DNA of 64,000 nt from the IMG/VR virus record IMGVR_UViG_3300042914_001978. One strand, given 5' to 3'. The position numbers and the translations under genes were made by a program. Shown here piece after piece: positions 10,007 through 18,896 of the stretch. Origin of the DNA: an uncultured virus (IMG/VR IMGVR_UViG_3300042914_001978) (taxonomy: Duplodnaviria; Heunggongvirae; Uroviricota; Caudoviricetes). Each line of letters begins with the position of its first letter. The first letter of the stretch is position 1. Under the pieces are notes generated by a model. It did no database searches. It saw only the letters and a list, made by a program, of their open reading frames with translations, and was not told where the DNA came from.

Positions 10007-10969
10007 TTAGACAGCCGACTGGGCCTTTCGTTCACGCTTTCTTGCCAAAATCGCCAGCATCGATTGCCTGCGGCGTTCGCGCTCTGCTTCCGAGATGACA
10101 CGCTTCTTTTTCGCCTTTTTTGACGATTTACGCATCATTTCTGATGCTTTATCGTAAACCGTCTCCACTTGTGCATCATTGTTGACGCTTTGTGGCATTG
10201 GGAATCCTTCTTGGGCCATCTTGTGGAGTGACCCATCTTTACATCCGTGGATGACCACGGCTTGGCTGGAGATGACTCTATCTGGGCAAGTGACTCCTTG
10301 GACAGCTTGGGCTTCGGGGTCTTCGGCATAGAAGATAATCTTCCCATCCTTCCACTGGTAGTTGACACTTTTCCAGTAGGTGCGGATCAGTGGGGTGTCG
10401 CGGCCAATGGCCATGAAGTTCCAGCGGCAACGAACATCCCATGGTTCGGGGATGGTGCCTGCGTTTTTGTAAGCCAAATTGTAGGTCGATAAGGACTGCG
10501 CGGAAGGACAAAAGTCCAAGAAATTGGGAGGATAGACAGCACTGCCCACAATCATCCTGTAGATATTCTTCCCATTGGTTGCCATACCCCCTTCGTAGAG
10601 ATGGCCCATGATGCCGACTTTTCGGTGGTATTCGGCGTCCAAGTCATCTACCCATCCCTCTTTCATCGGAACACAATCTGGCTCCCAAAAGTAAAACGGA
10701 GCATTGGTTGAATACATGGCAGCAGCCACATCGCTGAACATCTGGTTCGGGCCAAGTGGCCAGCCATCAAATCCGTCTTGGGCGGTCAGGTGGTCAACTT
10801 CTGGAAAGCTTTTCTTGAGTTCGTGAATGACATCGGAAACACCAGATGTATCACTCTTGGTACATACTGTTGCCTTATGTCGCATGTTGATGCCAAAAGC
10901 TGTAATCGCTTTGGCCGACTCCATGGCCAGATCGGCATCCCCGTTGTGATAAGCAAATGCAATATTCAC
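10007..10969 (-). CDS. hypothetical protein, possible GT-A glycosyltransferase-like
   Basis: 320 aa; GWPLGPN and FYFWEPDCVP acidic motif; basic tail. Confidence 0.45.
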   Translation of the reverse strand: MNIAFAYHNGDADLAMESAKAITAFGINMRHKATVCTKSDTSGVSDVIHELKKSFPEVDHLTAQDGFDGWPLGPNQMFSDVAAAMYSTNAPFYFWEPDCVPMKEGWVDDLDAEYHRKVGIMGHLYEGGMATNGKNIYRMIVGSAVYPPNFLDFCPSAQSLSTYNLAYKNAGTIPEPWDVRCRWNFMAIGRDTPLIRTYWKSVNYQWKDGKIIFYAEDPEAQAVQGVTCPDRVISSQAVVIHGCKDGSLHKMAQEGFPMPQSVNNDAQVETVYDKASEMMRKSSKKAKKKRVISEAERERRRQSMLAILARKRERKAQSAV

Positions 10970-11157
10970 TGTGCGTCGAAGTTAAGCGGCCAGCTTGGGT
11001 GGATGGGGTCTTCCAGCCTCACCCTAACGTTTTTGTAGCCATGGGCCATGAGTCTTTGGGCTTCTTGGTTGGCCTCTTCTTTACTCATGCCAAACCTGTC
11101 CAGTTCCACAACTTTTTCTCCGTGGCACACAATGTAAGTTTTATTACTTTCGCTCAT
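10966..11157 (-). CDS. hypothetical protein
   Basis: MSESNKTYIVCHG start is ATGA-coupled to the upstream ORF. Confidence 0.55.
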   Translation of the reverse strand: MSESNKTYIVCHGEKVVELDRFGMSKEEANQEAQRLMAHGYKNVRVRLEDPIHPSWPLNFDAQ

Positions 11158-11387
11158 TTTTTCTTTTTTTTCTCTGATTGATTGATGTATTTTTGAAAGG
11201 ATTCGGCGCAATCTCTGGCCATCTCGATTTCTGATTCTGGGTCAAAGAAATAACCGCCACGTTCAGCGAACAACGCTTCCATTGGCAGGGGACTTCCTCG
11301 ACGAAACCGTGGGCCAACCACGAATGGGGAGACGGAGTCTTCATTGATGACGGTTAATACTACTTTGAATCGGGCCATGGACTCCAA
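11154..11387 (-). CDS. hypothetical protein
   Basis: 77 aa in a packed minus-strand run. Confidence 0.55.
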   Translation of the reverse strand: MESMARFKVVLTVINEDSVSPFVVGPRFRRGSPLPMEALFAERGGYFFDPESEIEMARDCAESFQKYINQSEKKKKK

Positions 11388-11548
11388 TACTTAATCACAC
11401 GCTCAAGTATATGTCCAATACCACTCCATCCATGGTGGGGATGGTAATGGCAGGCCCACCTCAATGGAGGGTTTGACTCGTCGTTTTTAATAAGGTAGAT
11501 TCCCTCAGTATCGGGCTTTGTATCGTTGTAATCGTTCCAAGTGATCAT
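11360..11548 (-). CDS. small Trp-containing phage protein (DUF551-like)
   Basis: MITWNDYNDTKPD..YLI..VIKYWSPWP. Confidence 0.5.
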   Translation of the reverse strand: MITWNDYNDTKPDTEGIYLIKNDESNPPLRWACHYHPHHGWSGIGHILERVIKYWSPWPDSK

Positions 11549-11555
11549 AGTAGGT

Positions 11556-11942
11556 ATGACAAGAAAAACTCCACTTCGTTCAAAAACTCCACTTAAACGC
11601 AGCGGAAGGTTGCGGTATGCATCCCCCAAGCGCCAGAGTGAATACAAGGAGTATGCAAAGGTAAAAAAAGCCTACTTGGCACTGCATCCCGTATGTGAGA
11701 AATGCAAGAAGGCGAAGAGTCAGGATATCCATCATAGGGCAGGCAGGGCTGGTCGCTATCTTTGTGACTACAGTCTGTTTGCCGCGCTTTGTCGAGCCTG
11801 CCATGACTTTATCCACCAGAATGGCAGAGAAGCCCGCAAGCAGGGCTGGATTATTGATACAGTTCATGTTCCTCAGTATCTGGCGGAAGAGCCTTCAGAA
11901 GTTCAATCTCCGCGCCAAAGTCAGGCTCATACTCACGAATAA
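11556..11942 (+). CDS. HNH-family endonuclease
   Basis: RKTPL repeats, CEKC..DIHH..LCRACHDFIH. Confidence 0.8.
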   Translation: MTRKTPLRSKTPLKRSGRLRYASPKRQSEYKEYAKVKKAYLALHPVCEKCKKAKSQDIHHRAGRAGRYLCDYSLFAALCRACHDFIHQNGREARKQGWIIDTVHVPQYLAEEPSEVQSPRQSQAHTHE

Positions 11943-12138
11943 GCGGATTCCACACTTTATTGCGCGGTGCTGTCAGATTCCGCCAGTTATCAACAAGATT
12001 AAGCCAGCTAGTCTCCAGCGGGGCGTTCCATTCCTCTTCTGGTGGGAAGTTCCAAGGATAGGGTCGCGGATAAGAAGCGCAACCACTTGCAATAAGTAGT
12101 GCTAATCCTATCCCTGCTCTTTGAAGTCGTAAAACCAT
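11851..12138 (-). CDS. putative lipoprotein
   Basis: hydrophobic leader ending in lipobox-like IASG|C. Confidence 0.55.
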   Translation of the reverse strand: MVLRLQRAGIGLALLIASGCASYPRPYPWNFPPEEEWNAPLETSWLNLVDNWRNLTAPRNKVWNPLIREYEPDFGAEIELLKALPPDTEEHELYQ

Positions 12139-12755
12139 AGCTCCTCCTCGCTTTCACTAACCCACCTGCTGCCTGTATGCTCGCAGCTAAACTCTTGGCT
12201 GAAAACCTTCCAGTTGGGCTTGGTTGGGAATTTTTTAGCGATAAACGATCCGCCGTCCATCCATAACACACGGTTGTTGGGTTGGATGAAGTATTGCCCA
12301 TCTCCCGCAAACACATGGCCGCATTTGTGTCCAGCAGCCATCTCTCCATAGCCACTTGTGTAATGGGGACCAAGGCACCAATCCAAGGTAAACATATACT
12401 TGGCCTTCTCAAAGTTTTTGTTCTTGAGCATTATGTTCGCTGCCCGATTCTTGCAGTAGTCCAAGATGTTAACCGAACAGTAATAACTCATGGAATCCCA
12501 AAGTTGTATCCAATCCAGAGGGTAAAACGTGCCACCAATTTCCTCAGTGTGGAGATAGTGGATCGGAACTCTGGCATGCTGGCTTCCGTATTCTGTCATC
12601 ACGCTAAACAACCCGCAACGTTGAGGGATGGAGGTGAAGGCAAATACTTCGACTAGTTGTCTTTCCCTGCTGACGCTGGGTTCCAAATCGTAGAAAAATC
12701 CCTCGTCTACGAAAGCAAAGAAGGTTGGGATGTTGACGTTGAGATAGTTGCTCAT
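12108..12755 (-). CDS. conserved phage hypothetical protein
   Basis: 215 aa; YLNVNIP, QLWDS, YMFTLDW, HKCGH, QPNNRVLW motifs. Confidence 0.7.
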   Translation of the reverse strand: MSNYLNVNIPTFFAFVDEGFFYDLEPSVSRERQLVEVFAFTSIPQRCGLFSVMTEYGSQHARVPIHYLHTEEIGGTFYPLDWIQLWDSMSYYCSVNILDYCKNRAANIMLKNKNFEKAKYMFTLDWCLGPHYTSGYGEMAAGHKCGHVFAGDGQYFIQPNNRVLWMDGGSFIAKKFPTKPNWKVFSQEFSCEHTGSRWVSESEEELWFYDFKEQG

Positions 12756-13033
12756 TGGTCGGCAATTTTGCGAAGGAGTCGCGTCTGCTCGCGCAGTTCG
12801 TAGAGTTGATTGTTCGCTGTAATCTCCGCACTCAAACGGGCGTTTGATTCGGCCAACTCCGCATTGATGCGGCGAAGGGTGGTAAGATACGGGCTTTCAG
12901 TGGGCTTAACCTCCACCGATCCCCTAATAACTTGAATTCGGCCCGAATTTAAATCATAGACCGTTCCATTGAACGATCCGTCTTGGGCAAGGGTATTACT
13001 CAGTAATAGGGGTAGTAGTAGTAGTTTTTTCAT
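12752..13033 (-). CDS. putative secreted protein
   Basis: internal start MKKLLLLPLLLSNTLA|Q resembles a signal peptide; coiled-coil tail. Confidence 0.55.
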   Translation of the reverse strand: MKKLLLLPLLLSNTLAQDGSFNGTVYDLNSGRIQVIRGSVEVKPTESPYLTTLRRINAELAESNARLSAEITANNQLYELREQTRLLRKIADQ

Positions 13034-13349
13034 AAGATATTCCATCATTGTGGCTATGATCCCCGAAGTTGAAGAAAATTCTGACCCACGGGCCTTCCTC
13101 ATCTTCGCCCTCTTCAAAGCGGGATTCAAAGTAGCTATGACCAGCATAGCTGTGCTTGACCGCCGCCTTCATGCAATCGCGGGCTGCTGCCCGAATAGCA
13201 GGCTCAAACGGCTCATCGTCTAGGAACCAGTCTTTGGGATAACCCCGCCCCATGGACTTGTAGACCTCCAAAACCTTCATGGCTGATTGGAAATCAAAAC
13301 TATCCATGATTTCATCTATCTGTAGTTGTATTGCTTCTTGTCTGTTCAT
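12996..13349 (-). CDS. hypothetical protein
   Basis: 117 aa, IDEIMDSFDF start motif. Confidence 0.6.
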   Translation of the reverse strand: MNRQEAIQLQIDEIMDSFDFQSAMKVLEVYKSMGRGYPKDWFLDDEPFEPAIRAAARDCMKAAVKHSYAGHSYFESRFEEGEDEEGPWVRIFFNFGDHSHNDGISYEKTTTTTPITE

Positions 13350-13357
13350 AAAAGAGA

Positions 13358-13438
13358 TTGGAGACGGGGTGGCGCAACTTCATTGGCCCCCCAGCCTTTG
13401 AAGCCTTCGCATTTGCATGCGGGTCTCCCCGCCTCCAA
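13358..13438 (-). ncRNA. multi-stem structured RNA candidate (c4-like)
   Basis: closing stem TTGGAGGCGGGG/CCCCGTCTCCAA; inner CGCAT-GCAA-ATGCG hairpin. Confidence 0.45.
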
Positions 13439-13535
13439 AAGTGTTCATACATACATAGACCATAGCCCCTTCGGGGCGTTCAATGTTTTTTTGAGCGTTT
13501 TTGAACTTGCCATGTCTGACCCTTTGTGAGAAATT

Positions 13536-13700
13536 ACATCAGTCTGATGTGAGAACCCAGACGATTGAGTATGAAACAAGAATTAACAATAAATATTAAT
13601 CTGCCATTCAAGTGGCGGGGTGAGGGAGTAACTTGCTTGTTTCATTGTCGGGTTCTCAATCATCCCACGCCCCGTCATTTGAGTGGCAATTTTATTTATT
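13536..13700 (+). promoter_or_regulatory. structured leader with alternative pairings and attenuator-like stem
   Basis: 13550-13558/13650-13658 and 13571-13580/13636-13645 are complementary; stem 13602-13620/13670-13688 is followed by a T-rich tract. Confidence 0.55.
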
Positions 13701-13703
13701 GCT

Positions 13704-14225
13704 ATGAAAAAAAATCAAACAGTCTATAAGCGGGTAACTAGGGGCGGATTTGTCCAGCTATCAAACGATCTCGTAAGAGATAAAAAGTTGTCATTTGGGG
13801 CGAGAGGTTTGCTGGCTATGGTGCTATCCAACGCCGATGAGTGGGTGGCAAATCGGGCTTACTTTGTAAACAACACCACAGACGGGGCCAACAGGGTCAA
13901 GACCTATTTTCGGGAATTGGAAAGTCTTGGCTATGTAAAGTATGAGCTTTCTGGCGGGGGTAAGGGAGGATTCTGCAATACTTGGACATTTTATGATGCA
14001 CCAGTTGCGGAAGATCAGCGTAGCAATCGCACAAATTGGCGTTCCCCTCTTTCCGTGGTCAAGGTTTCTAGCGCACGGGAAATTCCGTCCACGGGAAACC
14101 TCGACCACATTAGAACACCAATCTCACAGAATACCAATATACAGAATACAATGTATGATGATAATATTGTATCGGGTTATGGGGATGAGGAGGAGTATCA
14201 GGGAGAAATTCGGGGATTGTGGTAA
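13704..14225 (+). CDS. HTH replication-initiator-like protein
   Basis: FVQLSNDLVRDKKLSFGARGLL..RELESLGYV; internal DNA repeats. Confidence 0.75.
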   Translation: MKKNQTVYKRVTRGGFVQLSNDLVRDKKLSFGARGLLAMVLSNADEWVANRAYFVNNTTDGANRVKTYFRELESLGYVKYELSGGGKGGFCNTWTFYDAPVAEDQRSNRTNWRSPLSVVKVSSAREIPSTGNLDHIRTPISQNTNIQNTMYDDNIVSGYGDEEEYQGEIRGLW

Positions 14226-14294
14226 TCGGATGAAATCCCGAAATAATCCAGTTACTGACCGAACCGATAAGCCGCGCAGCGCAAGGGTTCCGCG

Positions 14295-14825
14295 ATGATA
14301 ACGCAATCTCAATACCAAGCCTACCTTACAACTCCCTACTGGCGAGAGGTGAGTAGGGCTGTCAAGAAACGGGCGGGGTTTCGTTGCCAACTCTGCAACA
14401 GCCCCCTAGACTTGCAGGCCCATCATAGAACCTATGAGCATAAAGGAGACGAGCTAAACCATCTTGATGACTTGATTTGTCTCTGTAAAAAGTGTCACAA
14501 GAACTTCCACGCCGTAGAACGCGAGGAATCCCGTAAGTTCCAGCGCAAGCTATCCCGACCCAAATTTGAACCACCCTCCGATCCCGTTCCCCCCAGCAAT
14601 CGGGACAAAGCCACAAATACCAGAGTTATTGACTCCAAGATTGTCGAAAGTCTCAAAGTCAAAGGTGGGATGACAGCAGCAACCCTCAAAGCCTTGGGAT
14701 TAAGTTGGAACTTCACCAAGCAACCCAACTGGCTTTTCAAGCTCCGAGGCAGAGTCATCACCGAAGAATCCTACCAGCAAGCGTTAGCTGGAAAGAAGAT
14801 CCGCGCCAGCAAGAGACGCCGATAA
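14295..14825 (+). CDS. HNH endonuclease
   Basis: YLTTPYW..CQLC..LQAHHRTY..LICLCKKCH. Confidence 0.85.
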   Translation: MITQSQYQAYLTTPYWREVSRAVKKRAGFRCQLCNSPLDLQAHHRTYEHKGDELNHLDDLICLCKKCHKNFHAVEREESRKFQRKLSRPKFEPPSDPVPPSNRDKATNTRVIDSKIVESLKVKGGMTAATLKALGLSWNFTKQPNWLFKLRGRVITEESYQQALAGKKIRASKRRR

Positions 14826-14867
14826 AATTCTATCCGAAGCGCAAGTCTTGTGCTATAAAGAAACCCC

Positions 14868-15572
14868 ATGGATAGTTTTCTTACTCGTTCAGCCAAGAAG
14901 CTGGAGCAGGCTTTGGGGGTTCCGCGCCCTTGGGAACTAACTCCGCCTACGGCCATAGGCTATCAATTGGCTACTGGAGAGGGATCTTTGGGCGAGAGGG
15001 CAAAAAGGGGTCTAGTTCAATTTATTGGGCGTTACGCAACCAACCTGACAGATCCAGCAGCATCGCTAAATCTTCCAAGCTTTAAAGATATGAAATTTAG
15101 AAATGTTGTGCAAGACCGTCCAGAATGGTTTGATTTAAGCCACTATTCAAATTACAACGAAAGAGAAAGCGGAGAGCTTGCTCCACACAGAAAAGCTAAT
15201 GAAGTAATGTTTAGAGAGATGTTCGATCTTCCATCAAGATTTACACCAGAAGAAGCTGGATTGAGAAAGATTGCTCCTAAAACATATTCTACAGATGACG
15301 GTCCACTAATGCCCTACGGCCCGAAAGAAGGTCTTTATTCTGAGCCATTTCAGGGGAGGTATGTAGTCACAAAAAACCCAAAAACCAAAGAGCTAGAATA
15401 TGAGGACGTTTGGGACATATCTTCTCCCGTTGAACCGTCTTATGCAGAAAATCTTGGATTTAAGGTTGGCGGATACGGACAAGAACAAGATCTTCTATCA
15501 CATATGTTGCGCGAAGCTATCGCGCCAATACTCAGCCCTGCCACCGTCAAGGGAAAAACACGAAAAAAGTAA
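14868..15572 (+). CDS. hypothetical protein, moron-like
   Basis: 234 aa; own extended -10 (TGCTATAAA, 14851) and downstream hairpins. Confidence 0.6.
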   Translation: MDSFLTRSAKKLEQALGVPRPWELTPPTAIGYQLATGEGSLGERAKRGLVQFIGRYATNLTDPAASLNLPSFKDMKFRNVVQDRPEWFDLSHYSNYNERESGELAPHRKANEVMFREMFDLPSRFTPEEAGLRKIAPKTYSTDDGPLMPYGPKEGLYSEPFQGRYVVTKNPKTKELEYEDVWDISSPVEPSYAENLGFKVGGYGQEQDLLSHMLREAIAPILSPATVKGKTRKK

Positions 15573-15729
15573 GCGCGGCTCCCGAAGAAACCGCGCTAAA
15601 CTTCGACCACCCCAACTACCCGTTAGAGAAAGCCCCGTGGGCTTTTGTCATTGAGGTGGGACTTTTGCAAAAGAACTTGGTTGACGAATATTAAACACCA
15701 GCTAGGTTTGTAAGTCAACACATAATCTT

Positions 15730-16038
15730 ATGATCGATACAACCATCCTACCTACTGAAATCCAAGAGAACCCCGAAATCACTATTGGTGAACTTGCTGA
15801 TAAACATGGAGTCAAATACGGAGCCATGGCGCAGGCCCTTCGCAAGAATGGGATTCGGGCCAAGCGCAAAAAGACTACCAAGAGGCGTATGCATGGTGGT
15901 CGGGCCTTCAAGGTGCTGGGCTACCTCATGGCCAACCCCGAAATGAACTTCGCTGCTATTGCCGAGCAATTCAACTGCACCCGCGAGTATGTGAGCCAGA
16001 TTGAGGCCATTGCCCGCCAAGAAGGGATCATTAAATGA
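15730..16038 (+). CDS. double-HTH DNA-binding protein
   Basis: NPEITIGELADKHGVKY and NPEMNFAAIAEQFNCTREYVSQI. Confidence 0.75.
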   Translation: MIDTTILPTEIQENPEITIGELADKHGVKYGAMAQALRKNGIRAKRKKTTKRRMHGGRAFKVLGYLMANPEMNFAAIAEQFNCTREYVSQIEAIARQEGIIK

Positions 16039-16208
16039 CTGTTGGACGAGTCTATTCCAACATCAATCCCGTCCATCCAGATGTGTTTGAAATCTTGCTA
16101 CAGCAGAAAGAAAGGCAACTGGAGAAGGCCCGCCAAGCACTGATGATGTGCATCGCTCCCGACCCCGAAGCCGAAAAACTTAAAGAGGAAGTATTGCTTG
16201 AGCAATGA
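16035..16208 (+). CDS. hypothetical protein, 57 aa, not in ORF track
   Basis: ATGA-coupled at both ends. Confidence 0.55.
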   Translation: MTVGRVYSNINPVHPDVFEILLQQKERQLEKARQALMMCIAPDPEAEKLKEEVLLEQ

Positions 16209-16597
16209 AAGAAATCCCCGCAGGCTATGTGGAAGTAAGCAAAGGAGTCTATGAACGAAGAGACATCATCAAACAAAAGGCTAGTGCTAAGACTAAACGT
16301 AAAGCACCGCCTGCCGTCACTCAACCGCCTCTTTTCGATGAACCACTTTCAGAGGTTGAGGGAAAAGAGGGAGATCCAAGCCGCCTGCTTGTCTGCATTG
16401 AAAGCGTCCGAAAAAATCGACTCCTCGACACCGACAATCTCTATGGTGGTGCGAAATTTTATTGCGATTTTCTACGCTACTGTGGGGCAATCCCTGACGA
16501 TACCGAAGACCAGATCGAACTCAAAGTCACGCAAAGGAAAACGAAAAAGGGCGAAGAAGAAAAAACCATAATTGAAGTTTGGGACAGAAGCCAGTAG
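16205..16597 (+). CDS. rusA: RusA-like Holliday junction resolvase, catalytic part
   Basis: RLLDTDNL..K..CDFL..CGAIPDD acidic motif set. Confidence 0.7.
   Translation: MKEIPAGYVEVSKGVYERRDIIKQKASAKTKRKAPPAVTQPPLFDEPLSEVEGKEGDPSRLLVCIESVRKNRLLDTDNLYGGAKFYCDFLRYCGAIPDDTEDQIELKVTQRKTKKGEEEKTIIEVWDRSQ
16251..16571 (+). CDS. overlapping ORF carrying a RusA-like N-terminal strand/PSxN/helix
   Basis: RLVLRLNVKHRLPSLNRLF..; AAAGGAG at 16241-16247 precedes the ATG. Confidence 0.5.
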   Translation: MNEETSSNKRLVLRLNVKHRLPSLNRLFSMNHFQRLREKREIQAACLSALKASEKIDSSTPTISMVVRNFIAIFYATVGQSLTIPKTRSNSKSRKGKRKRAKKKKP

Positions 16598-16763
16598 TAT
16601 AGGGCAAATGAACCAGTCGCAATTCGATGCTGATCTAAAAGTCGCCTACGATGACACGGGGGTTCTGATGCCATTCCCAGAACAAGAAGAAGGTTTTTGC
16701 GACAACCCTATCAGAATGTTATTTGAACAAGTTGAGGAAGAAGATGTCCAAGAAGAGGAATAA

Positions 16764-17336
16764 ATGGATCAAGCAACGATCAACTTTTTGGGGCGGGCCA
16801 TCCTCAAATACCGAAAGTTCAAGTTAACTTTCGTTCCCCAAAAATATCTCATCACGGGCAAGGCCACCTCTGTCGGCTGGGCGGATGACAAAGAGCTTCG
16901 CATCGCCACAAAGCGCCCCGTGTCCACATGGCTTGATGTCTTTGTCCATGAAACCTGCCATCTCGACCAGCAGACCAAAAGACCCAAGTGGCACAAAAAT
17001 AAAGAAGACGCTCTTGGCAAGGTAGACGAATGGTTGGCTGGAAAACGTGTGGACTATGTGGACAAATATATCCGACTTGTTATTGAACTAGAGTGGGATT
17101 GCGAGATGAGGTCTGTTCGTAAGATTGCCAGAAACAAGCTGCCAGTGAATCTCAAGGAATACGCCCAGATGGCCAATGCCTACATCTTGGGCTACCATTG
17201 GATGTTCAACAATCGAAAGTGGTGTAAGAAGAGTTACGAGACCACAAGGATCTGGACGCAGATGCCCGAAAAAATCATCCCCCTAAAGACTGCATTATTT
17301 CCCCCTAGCAAACTTACCGATCCGTACTATGATTGA
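16764..17336 (+). CDS. putative zincin-like metallopeptidase
   Basis: VFVHETCH (HExxH) with later ELEWDCE. Confidence 0.55.
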   Translation: MDQATINFLGRAILKYRKFKLTFVPQKYLITGKATSVGWADDKELRIATKRPVSTWLDVFVHETCHLDQQTKRPKWHKNKEDALGKVDEWLAGKRVDYVDKYIRLVIELEWDCEMRSVRKIARNKLPVNLKEYAQMANAYILGYHWMFNNRKWCKKSYETTRIWTQMPEKIIPLKTALFPPSKLTDPYYD

Positions 17337-17595
17337 TCTAATGAACAACGGGCTTAATGGCAAAGAATATGTCCCATGCCCTTCATGTAGCCAACTTGAA
17401 GAGATCAAGCAACTACTCTCCGAATATCAAACATTTGAAGGAGAAAGCCCGATTATCTCAATTGATCTACTAATTTCGGAAGTCAAGATGTGGAGATCTA
17501 AAGATAGCTACGAGCGCAAGCTGAAATCCACCATGATTGCCAACATGGTAAAGAAACTGGAAAACCAAGGATTTGAAGTTGATGGCAACAATTGA
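17329..17595 (+). CDS. hypothetical protein
   Basis: 88 aa in operon. Confidence 0.55.
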   Translation: MIDLMNNGLNGKEYVPCPSCSQLEEIKQLLSEYQTFEGESPIISIDLLISEVKMWRSKDSYERKLKSTMIANMVKKLENQGFEVDGNN

Positions 17596-18028
17596 CATTA
17601 AGTGGCAGGGGCGATTTATCAAGTTGGCCGAAGAGGTGTCCACATGGAGCAAAGATCCTTCGTCACAAGTTGGAGCGGTTATTGTCCGACCAGATCGAAC
17701 CATAGCATCCATAGGATTTAACGGCTTCCCTCGCGGAGTGGATGATGGTCATGAACGTATCGCAAATCGCGATACCAAACTTCTCTACACCATCCACGCC
17801 GAAATGAACGCCATCTTGTCTGCCAAAGAACCACTAAGCGGTTATTCTATCTTTGTCTGGCCCTTCCAGCCATGCGCCCATTGTGCATCATCAATTATTC
17901 AAGCTGGGATAAAAGAGGTTTACTGTCCATTCAACGCCCATCTGGAAAGTTATGAACGCTGGGCCGATTCCTTTAAAGCCGCCCTACAAATGTTTGATGA
18001 AGCTGGAGTTAGCGTTATTTTCTCTTGA
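17582..18028 (+). CDS. dCMP deaminase
   Basis: SKDPSSQVGAV, GFNG, HAEMNA, PCAHC. Confidence 0.95.
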   Translation: MATIDIKWQGRFIKLAEEVSTWSKDPSSQVGAVIVRPDRTIASIGFNGFPRGVDDGHERIANRDTKLLYTIHAEMNAILSAKEPLSGYSIFVWPFQPCAHCASSIIQAGIKEVYCPFNAHLESYERWADSFKAALQMFDEAGVSVIFS

Positions 18029-18060
18029 CATCCAGACAATCTACATCTTTATTGTTCTCC

Positions 18061-18285
18061 ATGAGCAACCAATTGGCTAGGGTATTTGAATGGATAACTG
18101 GCTGGAGGGAATATTCGGAGTTTGAAAAAGACCAAGAAGGCTACATCACCACCGAACGGGTTGGAGAATTCGGATCAGCAATGTTTCTATGGAGGGTTGA
18201 CAAAGAGCCAGTCCACCTCGACCATATGTACATGGACGGAGACATCTTCGTCCGCTTTAGCGAAAATTATCAAATCAACTTATGA
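18061..18285 (+). CDS. hypothetical protein
   Basis: ATG 18061; stop is ATGA-coupled to the next gene. Confidence 0.55.
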   Translation: MSNQLARVFEWITGWREYSEFEKDQEGYITTERVGEFGSAMFLWRVDKEPVHLDHMYMDGDIFVRFSENYQINL

Positions 18286-18521
18286 GCGAACAAACTGAAC
18301 AAACTGCCAGCCCGCTGGCCCCCGATAGCCTCCAAGAACGTGTAGACAAGGCATATATTGCCAAGGGCTATACACTTCTCAATGGAGGAACGGACAACAT
18401 CCTGATGATTCAGGGTGAGAAAAATGAGGCTACTGCCGATATCCTGATGACCTTTGAGGGGGCCAAAGAAATGGTTGAGCAGCTTGCGCCCGAAACACAA
18501 CCCAAAGAAGAAGAAAAATGA
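18282..18521 (+). CDS. hypothetical protein
   Basis: 79 aa, ATGA-coupled. Confidence 0.6.
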   Translation: MSEQTEQTASPLAPDSLQERVDKAYIAKGYTLLNGGTDNILMIQGEKNEATADILMTFEGAKEMVEQLAPETQPKEEEK

Positions 18522-18676
18522 CCAGTATCTGGCTGATCGGGGCGGTGGGAATATGTTACGGAATCGTTGCTCTAGAGCAGGCAATTCGCGGAAATATCGC
18601 CCTATCAGTCATTTGGGGAGGCTATTGCTTTTCCCAATGGGGATTACTTTGGGTAACGCTTTACGGAACCAAGTAA
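18518..18676 (+). CDS. small two-helix membrane protein, not in ORF track
   Basis: MTSIWLIGAVGICYGIVALEQAIRGNIALSVIWGGYCFSQWGLLWVTLYGTK; ATGA-coupled. Confidence 0.65.
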   Translation: MTSIWLIGAVGICYGIVALEQAIRGNIALSVIWGGYCFSQWGLLWVTLYGTK

Positions 18677-18896
18677 TTCTGGTATAATTCCAGCTTCGTT
18701 CTTTTACAGAAAGGAGGTGGAAAGGAATTGAATCACTACTACACTAATGGATTCGGCATTGTCTACGGGCCTTATGGTGGAATTGGTTACGCCCCGTGTC
18801 CCAAAACGAAACAGGATAAACCCAACTGTTTCGGGTTGTGCCGCTGGTTTGCGTATCTTTTTCTGTAGACAACGGGTTCAAACTACAGAAACAAAT

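Noticed and set aside
13358..13438. tRNA gene
   Set aside because: Outer stem too long, no T-loop TTCRA and no canonical D or anticodon arms
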